The notes beneath the pieces are model-generated. The model saw only the letters and a list, made by a program, of their open reading frames with translations. It did not search any database and was not told the origin of the DNA. DNA of 64,000 nt, taken from positions 9,785,918-9,849,917 of the forward strand of contig CM082595.2 of the NCBI GenBank assembly GCA_040954595.2, read 5' to 3'. The position numbers were made by a program, and so were the translations under genes. This document shows positions 53,486 to 64,000 of the stretch, piece after piece (position 1 is the stretch's first letter; every line of letters begins with the position of its first letter). Source of the DNA: Balanoglossus misakiensis (taxonomy: Eukaryota > Animalia > Hemichordata).

Positions 53486-56400
53486 CTGAATGTCAAATAG
53501 TTGAACATCATCAATGTGGGATTTGTTGTGATGTTGTTACTACTGTAGAATAACGCAGGTGGTTGTTGGACACTTTGCGGTCTGGTCGCGTGACTTTGCC
53601 TTGTTAGCCGCCATGCATGTTGAACGCAAATTATACCATGATGCACTGCAGTTACCCTATACGCGAATAGGTCTATGCATGAACTCTTTGAATAAATTTG
53701 CTTCCACGATACAGATGTGATTATTTTTCACGTTGCCTCATGCATGTATGGAAAGATACAGGTAAATTCCCAGTTTTCTGATGGGCAACATTTCTACAGC
53801 TGTCTCGATTCTACTCTGGTAGTACTAAATAACTTACCGTTGGTACATGAGTAACATTATTACACCAAGCACTAACACAGCCGCTAAACCTCCCGCAACA
53901 CCACCAATGATGACAGCTGTGTCAACGGGGGAATCTGTAAGAGTTTAAAGATTTCTATTTGTCACGGGGGCGATATGCTACGATAAAAGCAAGACAACCA
54001 TTCATTATGATGCTTAACTATTGTAAAATGGTTAGTTGACCAAAAATCTAGTTATACTGCAGATGTTGCAGTTTCACCATTTTCACAAATATTTTCAAGA
54101 CAACGTAAACTGTAATCATGTAGATCAAACAAATGTGTAAACTTTAGTGAATATTGTTTTTCAACCTTGAGTTATTAAAAGACAAAGAAATGTATACACA
54201 CCTTTAACTTGCATTGGTATTCTCTGGCGGCAAGTTTCACCTTGATATTCATCAGTACATTCACAAACAGGATTGCCATCACTGTCCTTGATGCAAACAG
54301 CATTGTTTGAGCAGAACCCTTCACATTTATCTAGACACAAGAATAAAATCACATCACATTATTCTACCTGACGAACCATTTGTATTAGACAAGAACTAAA
54401 CCCACTTGCAGATTCATTTCTTACAAACGGAATGGAAGTTGTGTGCTGTCGAACGTTGATTCACTATATATCCACATGTACCGGGTGAATAACATAAACA
54501 GTGTCTTGTATCAAACATAATTAATGGAAAAAGGGCAGCAAGAGAGATACTAAATCAACAGTAGTTTCTACGTTTTAGCTGTACATATTTCTGTTGACAT
54601 TTCAGTTGTAGATAGTTACATACCTGTACAAGTTATTCCATCACCAGTGAAACCAGTTTTGCAAGTGCATTCATATCCTGGTACAAGATTCCTGCAAGTG
54701 GCATTTGGGTGACAGTCATCCAGACCAAGACGACATTCATGTGCATCTAGAAAACAAAAATTCTTGCAATGTCTTTAACTGACCACCAAATAAAACTATG
54801 GGATCTTCATACATATCACCAGTTAAAGGTATACGGTCACCTATGGAAAATTAGCTATAGTTACCATGGCAAAAGGAGATCTAGCCAATCACAGATTTTC
54901 AGTGGGTGGCACATGCAAAAAAGAGCGCCACCATATGTTCTTTAGAACTCTCATATACTCCATTTCAGCCATATATGGGCGTTTGTAAATTGGAGGTGAC
55001 TGTATACCTTTAAGTTAGATGACTACCCAGATGCAGTGCATGGTTATCACATTCCATAGCCTAACATGTAGAATTCTGAGAAAACAGTATTACAATATTG
55101 TTATTTCCGTGAAATTTTCAGAAAAGGTGTTAAAAGAGGAGCATTATTAAATTATATAAAAATATTGGATCACACAACATATCAAATGATACTCTAAATA
55201 AAGAGGAAAATTTCTTATAATGAAGTGTTTGTGTCAGATTGAACAGTTAAGGTTGATCTCCACAAGCACTTCATGCATGTTATCAGTTCTATGATTATGA
55301 AAAATTTATTCCTACCATCACATTCTGTTTCATATAGGGCACCCTCTCTGCCTGTAGTGTAGCCAGTTGGGCATGGTTGACAAGCATCCTGGTTGAATTC
55401 AAAGTTATATGTTCCAACAGGGCATTTCTCACATCTATAGGACTCCTGATTCAAGTACCAACCAACATTGCAGGAAGCTGTTGATGGAATGGAAAAAGAG
55501 CATAGAATAAAATTGGAGGACTATCATTATTTTGAACAACTGAGGCACAATAATACAACCTTCAGTTCAGTACAGTTGAGATACAACATGAAAAGTTGTA
55601 TACATAATACTTACAAACATTACAATCTTCACTTAAGGTTGAACCGACTGTTCTTGTGGTGAAGCCAAATGGGCACGGCATACAAGATGGCTGAAGTTCA
55701 GCATTTGATCGATAGGTTCCCATGGGACACGACTCACAAGACCCATTGACACTAAGTTGGACTCCCACTGATTTACATACCTCTGTAATTGAGAAGATTA
55801 ATTTTTTGATATTCACGATTATCTGCTTTTCACTCACGTGAATTTGTTAAACTGTTGAATATGTTACATATCTGGCGGTTCTAAAGTAAAAACCTACTCG
55901 GAAAAAAGTTTACTGGATGCCGAAATATTGCTTGCCTGTCACTTACAAATGATAACGCCATGGGTACGTCAAATGGCCAGATCATGTGATTGATAGTCAA
56001 GAATAGCAAATAACACAAGTACCTACCCTGACATTGTGACTCATCAGTAGCTCCTTCAACTAATGTAAGCATTCCCTTTGGGCAAGTATTACACACAAAC
56101 TTTCCTTCTTCTGATTGCCAGAATCCAATGGGGCAGCTTTGGCACTGAGAAGTCCCGTTGTCAAAGTAGTGACCAACATCGCACCTCTCTGCAATAGACA
56201 TCATTGTTGAAAAATTATTTTTTCAACCAAAGAGATGAACATTCCAATTGTCATTCTTTCCATATTGGATCACACCACAATAATTTGATATATACGTCAC
56301 AATTCCCGGCAAGGGGTATGGGGTTTTATCGGGCCAGTGGCATGAGTGAGGCTAGACGCTAGTTTTGGAATACGGCTAGATACTAGGCTATGGCTGTGGA

Positions 56401-59400
56401 CGAGGAGGAGATATTGCCTTCTGTTATACATACCAAAACACTGCAAGATGGATAATGATCTCTTTCCCCTGGTGACTCCATTATTTGGACAGGCATTGCA
56501 TGCTGTTTGTCCTTCAAGGGGTTGATAATATCCAATTGCACAAGGATGGCACTGACTCAGCTCAGTGTCATGGTACGACCCTTCAGGACACAATACTGTG
56601 GAAATACAAAATGTTGAAGGCAGATGTATACATTGTTCATGTACTGATCATTATGCATTAATGGTTTAAAACACAACTACAATTGTAACACACAGCATTC
56701 ATTTTGGCCAGTTTTTCACTCTTGTGTCTACAAGTGGGATTGCAGTTGTGTGTGGTTGAATGTTGATTCACTATATATCCACATGTAGAATAACATTAAC
56801 TGTGTCTTCTATCAAACATAATTAATGGAAAAAGGGCAGCGAGAAAGAGACTTTGTCCCTCCTTGGTATGAGCATATCAAATCAATTATTTCCTTATATC
56901 ACCTCTTGGTTGGGTTGTATTTACCACTCACACTTGTCTTTAATTTGTACACTGCGACTCACAACCACACTCGCAGCAATACGGCCCACCTAACAGGTCA
57001 TATCAGGCGATATAAACATATTAACATCTACACCTTTTTATAATATTAATTTTGGACACAGTTTTAATCCTTTCACCACCATGGTTCAGTCCAAACCAAT
57101 TGTTTTCTATGGTAAGGTTTGACCTCTATAGAGGAAACTGGGAGTGAAAGGGTTAAAGTACATAACAACTGAGGAGTATAGGCACTCACCACATTCTTCT
57201 CCAACAAGAACACTACCATTGGAACAGAATATTGTACTTTCAACTTGTAATGTCTCAGCGTCGACCGAATATTCAGCTGTATCAAAAGGACCATTCTTGA
57301 CTGCATCTTCAATAACTACAACTGCAGCATCAGCAGAGCTAATGGATAAAACAACAGGCAAAAAATTCTTACATATGCCACATTACAATACCAACCAGAA
57401 GTGTGTACTGTAAACTGAATTGTTTTCACGACAGGAAATTTTCGCGATATTAAAAGAGGCGACTGTTACGTGAGGACGAATTTTCGAGTTCTCGTATTCC
57501 ACTAACTGCATCATTATCTCCAAAAACATTTTACACAACTTTTTATTTTAACGTTTTTTTGACCAGCACATGTTTTGCAGAAATTTACTGCTCGCGAAAA
57601 TAACACGTTTTGCAGTATATTTCGAATGCATGAATCTTTAGAATACAGGATGCCGCAACATGAAGGAAGGTGGGCAGAAATGATGGGGTTGCCAAAAACT
57701 GAAAATGTTTGAGTGTTAAGACACAAAATAATTTGTTTTCACTTGCATGAATGGAATATTTTGCAATAATGCAAACACCAGCTGTATAGGGAATACAGAG
57801 CTGGTCCTCACACAGCCTGGGATCAGTACCCTAGACATGTCACCAAAGTCATTTCTATAGAACAGAAGGGGAATGAAATACTCGAAAAATAACAATTACT
57901 ACTCACGCATTGGTTGTGAAACTGAACTGAACCACAAGCTGAGTATCAGCCTGTCTCTTTCTTCGGTTTGAGGCGCCGCAGGTTATTTCAAGGTCATCAA
58001 AGTTGCATTCACCGCCACAAATACCAAACAAATCATTCAGATAGTTGATAGTGTTCATAAAACTGATCCTCAATTGCTGGATGACACCATTGTTACATGT
58101 ACCAGCCTGTGAATTGTATGACACGCCACAATTCACTCCACGTTGAGTCTTCCCAGGAGCTGCAGTAGAACAATACAAACAAACAAATTTTGTTAAAGAT
58201 GCAATTTTCAATCTAGCGAACGATGTATTGACTTAGACTGCGAAACCGCTTAGCCAATCAGGAAAGTTACAGCTGCTTACCCAGAACAAAATATTAAGAA
58301 AATAGCTCAAATGTACTGGAGCTTTATATTGGGGTAAGCAGATATGATGTTAACAAATTATCTACCTGTAATCACAACCTTGACATACTGTAAAGCAAGA
58401 ATTTGCATTACTCATATTTCTCTTTTCATTTATAACTAAAAGAAAATTGTCTCAATGCTGGAATACCCCCTCTCACAACTCTCTCTCTTTGGAGAATTTT
58501 CTGAATGTGCATGTGCAACCTGATTATATTTCTTTACTGATACCAAATCATTTTTTTCTCACCTGAACATCCAGGGAAGGTGAATTCCTCGTCTGGATTC
58601 TCAGGATTAAAAGATCCTTCACTATGGCAGAGATAGTAAGGTGCTGGCAGGCTTGCAAACTTGTATCCTGGTAAACAATCCACCTGACAGAACACACCCG
58701 ACTCAAACTCATTACAGATGGAAATACCTTTAACTGGTGGTGCTGGCTTTTCACAATCAAATGATGTAAAAGAAAGGAGAACACAGTTTATTTGTCTATA
58801 TATATATTTTTAATTTTATTTCATCTATCATCCAACAGGCAAATACTACCCAAATGTCTGTGTCTCATATATCATCCAACAGGCAAATACTACCCAAATG
58901 TCCAGGTCTAGGTAACGAACCCACAACCCTAGCCACTAGGGCACAATGCCTCTTTTACCAGGTTCACACAGGGTAAAATTTGAGACACTATTTGCCAGTG
59001 CTAACCACAGAGCATTAATCCTTTGAGTCATGTTGTGTCCACACACACAAAGTTTATGTATGGGCGCTGAGGCTCGGCCCCATAGACAATGGGTTGCGGA
59101 GAGGTGTTAATCCTTACACCGGCTCAGGTCTGGCTGGCAGAGCCGTCTAAAATCTGAGACGTTTCAGGACCACTTACACCGTCCACACATGTTTTTTTTA
59201 AGACAGTATCAATTCTGAGATGCTTCAGAACTGTCTTAATGGTGTATGTGTGACACCCATATTTATTACACAGTCAAATCTTTTAAACAGAACACCAACA
59301 CATTAACATGTTTCTATGTAAAAGGGACTAGGAAAAGCTGTTGGTTGAAGAGAGGTTTCCCGATTAGACAGGGTTTGTTTTAGACGGGTTTGAGTGTCCT

Positions 59401-62336
59401 TGTATGTTCTGAATGATGTTGTTATAATTTTTGATAGTTACATAGGGACAAAAGTGATAATGATGCAATCATATTACTGTAAAACGGCAAATTTTCCCAA
59501 ACTTCGGCAAAAAAAAAGAAGAAAATAAAGTCGCATAAAATGTTTTTCAGAGATAACAGAGTACATGTAGTTAGTAAAATACTAGAATGCGGAAATTTAA
59601 TTCTCGTGTCACAGTTGCCTCTTTTGATATATTGCAAAATATTTTCTGTCACGAAAATGTCCCGTTTTACAGTATGTGACAAGACATAACAAGGGGTAGA
59701 GATGACAATTTGTCAAGATATTAATTAATTTGTAAAGTTTATGTATGAATGATAAAAAAATTCACTCACGCAGTACATAGAGTAAAAAGTAGCACTGTGC
59801 ATTGTTGCCAGCTGTATCTGAAGCAACATAGCTGATCTGGTAGGTTCCCCAGGAAAAGGTGTCACCTGTAAGAACAAAATTATGCACATCATTACAGGCA
59901 TGGGTGCTAAAGCCAAAATAGCTTCCGTTTCTTGAATGTTTTTCATGATTTTCTTTTCAAACTTAGAATGGTCCATTTAAGTGAGCTATCTGGTGGGTAT
60001 ACACAGGCATATTATCAACTCCTGATTGTGACTGTACATATAAACATGAACAAGATATGTATACTAAACAGATATGGTGCCGCACACGTTTATTCAACTG
60101 CCCATTGTAAGAGAACACAACATTTGTGGTATGGGTATCCCAAGTAGTAGTGGAGAATATTAAGTACTTTACTGATTAAAGGCCTTGCTCAACAGTTGGT
60201 CAAATCTTTTGTTTCCAATAAACAATTACGTGCAAACACAAATGCTTTCGAGTTTTAACTTCATTGTACTGCCCTGGGATCGAGGAAAGGGCCTATAAAC
60301 ATATGGTAATAGTATCAGCAATTGAGGCTTTAATACTTGGAAGCAAGATCATCTGTCGCACATAGGATGTGCTAGCCATATATGAGTAACGGCCACAAGA
60401 ATAAACTGTACCAGTATGCTTCATACTGACCATAATCTTAGGAAAGTTGTCTCAGCTTGTTGGTTTCTGTTTAGATCAACTCCCCACCCCACCCCGATAA
60501 AAAAAACTTAGTTAGTGTGAATGTTATATATTATCTATAATCAGAAATGATATTTTATAGGAAACTTACCCATTGTGTAGGTTTGTGTCACATTGGCAAT
60601 GGCGACATAATCTGTAAATATAGGCTCCTGCCATACTCCTGTTGTCAAGCTATTAGGACTAATTATACGGGTCGTATTGGGACAGTAAATGACTTCAGGA
60701 GCGTGTTTATCTGAAGAAAAAAAAATGAAAGAATAACAAATGTTTGTAAATTAAACAACTGGTCCACACCCCCTATGCATACACTGGTACATTTAGGTAA
60801 ATGCACTACTAGATGTTAATATCTGTCACATATTCATGAGAAATCCAGATATTGTTAAGTGCTTGTTTTCTGATACATGTGAATAGACTAGATCACTGTC
60901 AAGAAACACTACAAGATAGGACAGGAGTCATGAGATGGTATCCATAGGCATAATAACTGATATGATCAATTACACTCATGATAAGCCTAGTTCTTGGAAC
61001 AGCAGAAACTGATGATGATGATGGTGATGATGATGACGATGATGATGATGGTGGTGGTGGTGGTGGTGGTGATGATGATTATGATGATGATGATGGTGAT
61101 GGTGGTTGTGAATAGTATCATTACATTCAGTGTTAAATACATGTACGGTAGAAACAAAAAGAGTGAGCGATACAGGCATGGGCAGATGATGATTCCCTAT
61201 ACTTCCTAAAGTAGAGAGATTGCAGGCTGTGTGATTGGAGTACAACACACAGCAGCTAGGGGCTGGTGAATGTACACAGGAAAAACTACTCAAAATTTCA
61301 CACAGTATTCCCTGGACAGACACAACATTACAAGGAGAGCTGTGTTAAAGTAAGGATTTAGGATTAATCAACTCTGTGAATATGACCCAATTTCTCCTCG
61401 TCAGATTATGCATAAAATTGTTTGATAGTAATGAATAAGGCTATTTACCAACAGGTGTGCATGGTGAACCAGAGTAACCAATTGGGCACCTGGTACTTCC
61501 ACAAGCTGATGGCTGGATTTTGACCACACTACCCAATAACTCTTGATCCATTTCAACCCACATGACATGATTGCCAAGTGGACTTTGTGAACAGTTCAAA
61601 GCCAGACTCTGGATTTCAACAGGAGTCAATACATAATCGTATACATTCATCTGTGTAACATCACCATGGAAGCTAAAATAGTTGTCAAGGAGTCCATTTT
61701 CGTCATAGCTTTGACCAAGAATTACCATACAGCTGTTGAAAAACAAGAGAATAATGAATTCATTAAAAGTGCTGGTAAGAAGTTGTCAAAAATAAACTGT
61801 GAAAATCAGTATCGTTCCGCATAAGTTTGAATTTGAAAGTGCCACGAAGATAGCTTTGCTGATGTCCATAGTTTGCTCCCTTGATTTTTTTGGCCAGTTT
61901 TGTTGTAAGTCGCAACATGTTATGATGATATTGTATTGTCATGTAGGAGTAAGACAAGCTACCTAGCAGATAAGTTATAAACAAGATAACTGCTTCACAA
62001 ATAAATGGTTCACTTCTCTTGAGGCTTGGGAAAACTTGACAGTATAGGAAAATATAGAATTTTAACATGTGATGATGACAATTTTCTATGGCTTTGTAGG
62101 AGTTAAAAATGTTCGGAGTTCCACTAGCAACTTACTTTTCTGAGTCATCGATACCTGTCCAGGATGGAAGGGGTGATGTTACTGCAACACCATTCAAGTA
62201 AACTGCCACAATGCCTTCTTCAATTACCATGACAACATTATGCCACGAGTTGTCATCTACTGATACGGTTACACCATTTGTACTGACAGATAGACTTCTG
62301 TCCAGGACAAGAAGGGTACTATCAACTTGGGTTAAG
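53221..62336 (-). CDS. 3' portion (15 exons, ~863 aa) of a large type-I membrane protein, SVEP1/Uninflatable-like domain mix; 5' exons lie beyond the window
   Basis: Exons chain with matching phases and no stops: pentraxin/LamG, EGF-like, HYR, Sushi, SEA-like with RRKR, four ephrin-receptor-like Cys-rich repeats, cbEGF, EGF, TM, cytoplasmic NPMY. Confidence 0.9.
53838..53934 (-). CDS. Exon: transmembrane helix
   Basis: DSPVDTAVIIGGVAGGLAAVLVLGVIMLLMYQR, tacag/gtaag, phase 1-2. Confidence 0.92.
54202..54330 (-). CDS. Exon: EGF domain
   Basis: DKCEGFCSNNAVCIKDSDGNPVCECTDEYQGETCRQRIPMQVK, ctag/gtgtg. Confidence 0.9.
54624..54746 (-). CDS. Exon: calcium-binding EGF domain
   Basis: DAHECRLGLDDCHPNATCRNLVPGYECTCKTGFTGDGITCT, ctag/gtatg. 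Confidence 0.93.
54827..55009. mobile_element. Kolobok-like MITE (intronic)
   Basis: TTAA-aggtatacggtcacct ... aggtgactgtatacct-TTAA. Confidence 0.85.
55316..55477 (-). CDS. Exon: Cys-rich repeat 4
   Basis: SSCNVGWYLNQESYRCEKCPVGTYNFEFNQDACQPCPTGYTT...ECD, 162 bp. Confidence 0.92.
55615..55782 (-). CDS. Exon: Cys-rich repeat 3
   Basis: EVCKSVG...CESCPMGTYRSNAELQPSCMPCPFGFTT...DCNV, 168 bp. Confidence 0.92.
56027..56188 (-). CDS. Exon: Cys-rich repeat 2
   Basis: ERCDVGHYFDNGTSQCQSCPIGFWQSEEGKFVCNTCP...SQCQ, 162 bp. Confidence 0.92.
56434..56595 (-). CDS. Exon: ephrin-receptor-like Cys-rich repeat 1
   Basis: VLCPEGSYHDTELSQCHPCAIGYYQPLEGQTACNACP...QCF, 162 bp, phase 1-1. Confidence 0.92.
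57068..57152. mobile_element. Tiny piggyBac-like MITE (intronic)
   Basis: TTAA-tcctttcac ... gtgaaaggg-TTAA. Confidence 0.65.
57190..57338 (-). CDS. Exon: SEA-like end and start of Cys-rich repeat
   Basis: SADAAVVVIEDAVKNGPF...FCSNGSVLVGEEC, attag/gtgag, phase 2-1. Confidence 0.88.
57408..57615. mobile_element. Tc1/mariner-like MITE (intronic)
   Basis: TA-ctgtaaa...ttttcacga / tcgcgaaaa...tttgcag-TA. Confidence 0.7.
57907..58159 (-). CDS. Exon: SEA-like region with furin-type site RRKR
   Basis: APGKTQRG...LEITCGASNRRKRQADTQLVVQFSFTTN, ctgcag/gtgag, phase 1-2. Confidence 0.88.
58563..58763 (-). CDS. Exon: Sushi/CCP domain (acceptor reads AT, not AG)
   Basis: PFDCEKPAPPVKGISICNEFESGVFCQVDCLPGYKFASLPAPYYLCHSEGSFNPENPDEEFTFPGCS, donor gtgag, phase 1-1. 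The pyrimidine tract ends ttttacat. Confidence 0.8.
59477..59672. mobile_element. Tc1/mariner-like MITE (intronic), related to 57408-57615
   Basis: TA-ctgtaaaacgg ... ccgttttacag-TA. Confidence 0.75.
59770..59865 (-). CDS. Exon: HYR domain, second half
   Basis: GDTFSWGTYQISYVASDTAGNNAQCYFLLYVL, tacag/gtgag, phase 1-1. Confidence 0.9.
60570..60710 (-). CDS. Exon: HYR domain, first half
   Basis: DKHAPEVIYCPNTTRIISPNSLTTGVWQEPIFTDY..., ttcag/gtaag, phase 1-1. Confidence 0.9.
61008..61108. repeat. (GAT/GGT)n microsatellite (intronic)
   Basis: Direct reading. It produces the spurious poly-His and poly-Met ORFs. Confidence 0.95.
61449..61732 (-). CDS. Exon: pentraxin C-terminus plus EGF-like motif
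   Basis: CMVILGQ...SFHGDVTQMNVYDYVLTPVEIQSLALNC...GNHVMW...CPIGYSGSPC, phase 2-1. Confidence 0.92.
62136..62336 (-). CDS. Exon: pentraxin/LamG domain (part)
   Basis: ggcag acceptor, LTQVDST...DDNSWHNVVMVIEEGIVAVYLNG, donor gtaag, phase 2-2. Confidence 0.88.
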
Positions 62337-62571
62337 CTGCCAAGAAATTCAAAACAGAGATTAGACATAAATCGATGCATCAGCTGGTACTTTTGGGAAA
62401 TTATCACACTTTTTTCAAACTGCACCACCTTTAGCCCATACAGAAGTATGCACTGAACTATGTACAAGTATTATGAACCCTAAGTATGAGTGCATATGCA
62501 AGTTTAAACCAGACAAATAATAAATCTTCGCCGCAAAGGAATATGGTCGCCACCGTGAGAAAATGCAAAAT

Positions 62572-64000
62572 ACAATTAAAGTTGCAAGCAGCGTTGGCGG
62601 GGCACAAGCGGTTCCCATGGTAACAAGCAAATGCCAAGGCTGTATCTGCTGTGGATACCAAGATATTGGAAAGTAGGTCAAAGGTCACCTGAGGTCACCC
62701 CAAATTTGGGCAAAAAAATCGGACCCCATACTAGTCTAGGTCCAACAAAAACCAAACACCTAGCTCTATTGGTTCGCCTAGAATTAGGTATGCGCATAAT
62801 TAATGAGGTCTTGTGTAAGACTCCATATCTGCTCCATCGGCCCTCCAAAAGCCAGGACTCTAACTGCTGTGGATGCTGAGATATGGGAAATTAGATCAAA
62901 GGTCATCCAAGGTCACCAAAAATTTGGGCATAAAATGTTGACCCCAGAGTGGGCCATGTCCAACTAAAACCAGACCTCAAGCCCTATTGGTTAGCCTGGA
63001 ATTAGATATGCAGAAAAATGATGTTTCAGAAATAGGTCAAGGGTCATTGCCAAAATTACCAAAATAGTTGTGTCATGTCCTGGCAGCATTGGTACCCATG
63101 TCCACAAAATTCATGACTGTGGTGCTTTTACAAGAGGAGGTATGGGGATATGCATATATAATTAGTTGTTTTAAAACTGGGTCAAAGGTCATGTCAAAAT
63201 TGCCCCGAAAAATTGTAACAACTTCCGGTCATATGATGACTCATATCCAAAAAAAGAATTTACGTGCTGTCAACATTTTGGCTACAAAACAGAATTTTCA
63301 TTTTTCAATGGTTTTCCGAAAATCCAACATGGCCGCCATAATGATCGACCAATCACAGTGCGCTTCGCAAACTTGATAAACATAGGTTAGGTGACCACAT
63401 ACCCCGAATCCTGTGACTCGGCAATCGCTGGTTCTGGAGAAGAAGATTTTTAAAGTTTTAAGTAGTTTTTCAGAAAATCAATTGTAGCAAAAAAACTTTA
63501 TGTGTGACGTCATGATTTCAATGGGGTAAAATGATGGACAGAAGGTAGGCTACCTGTACACCAAATTTGAACTCGATCGGCCCAGTAGTTTTTGAGAAGG
63601 ACTCGTTTAACGATTGTCAGGAAATGCAATATGGCCGCCAGGTCACGTGACTAATTAAATATTCACGAGCCACTGCACGTCTACTCATTGGCCCCTATCA
63701 CCCTACCAAGTTTCAGCCCCCAAGGTGCAGCGGTTTTCCAGATCTACCTGGCCGAATTTCTCGGAAGAAGAAGAATAAGAAGAAGAATTAAAGCTGCAAG
63801 CAGCATTGTCGGGCCCAAGCGCTGATCTCGAATTATATATGCACAGTATGAATGAGAAGAAATATAATTTTCTATCGGGTGTATTATCTCATGACATAAC
63901 AAGGACGTATGTATTTTTGCTGCTGAAATAGGGTGAAGTAGGTCAAAGGTCACCTGAGGTCACCCAACATTTGGGCAATTTTTTTTTTACCCATACTGGT
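62572..64000. mobile_element. Two successive interspersed repeats starting aattaaag(t/c)tgcaagcagc (Helentron/HINE-like), intronic
   Basis: The same head occurs near 62573 and 63785. Shared ggtcaaaggtcacctgaggtcaccc motif. A (GAA)n tail lies at ~63764-63785. Confidence 0.5.

Noticed and set aside
58901-58952. tRNA-like A/B boxes on the minus strand
   Set aside because: The anticodon arm is missing. At best it is a degenerate SINE head, not a tRNA gene.
60976-61323. Poly-His and poly-Met ORFs
   Set aside because: Translation of an intronic trinucleotide microsatellite.

Overview
AT-rich, repeat-dense animal genomic DNA with spliceosomal GT-AG introns. The repeat families and gene content suggest a marine invertebrate (inference only). 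Left to right: (1) 2.1-9.6 kb is a head-to-head inverted duplication of a spliced OB-fold (RPA/SSB-like) gene. The right copy keeps its promoter and intact exons. The left copy is rearranged and interrupted by a 2.76-kb foldback element with opposed 69-bp arrays, which itself holds a truncated BEL/Pao-like LTR+PBS+gag start. (2) 9.6-11.0 kb is a decayed GC-rich ORF. (3) 11,045-15,925 is a full-length Ty3/Gypsy (Mag-like) LTR retrotransposon with identical 204-bp LTRs. (4) 17.3-44.8 kb is a ~27.5-kb imperfect palindrome (arms ~11 and ~10 kb, spacer 6.3 kb) with arm-specific transposon insertions, a ~99%-identical island, outward-facing decayed exons and an orphan pentraxin exon in the spacer. 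(5) 44.8-47.35 kb is an 86-bp satellite of 30 copies. (6) 53.2-62.3 kb (minus) holds 15 phase-consistent 3' exons of a large type-I membrane protein (pentraxin/LamG-EGF-HYR-Sushi-SEA-like/furin site-Cys-rich repeats-EGF-TM-NPxY), with one non-canonical (AT) splice acceptor. All alignments were made by eye. Family names rest on motif recognition, not database searches.
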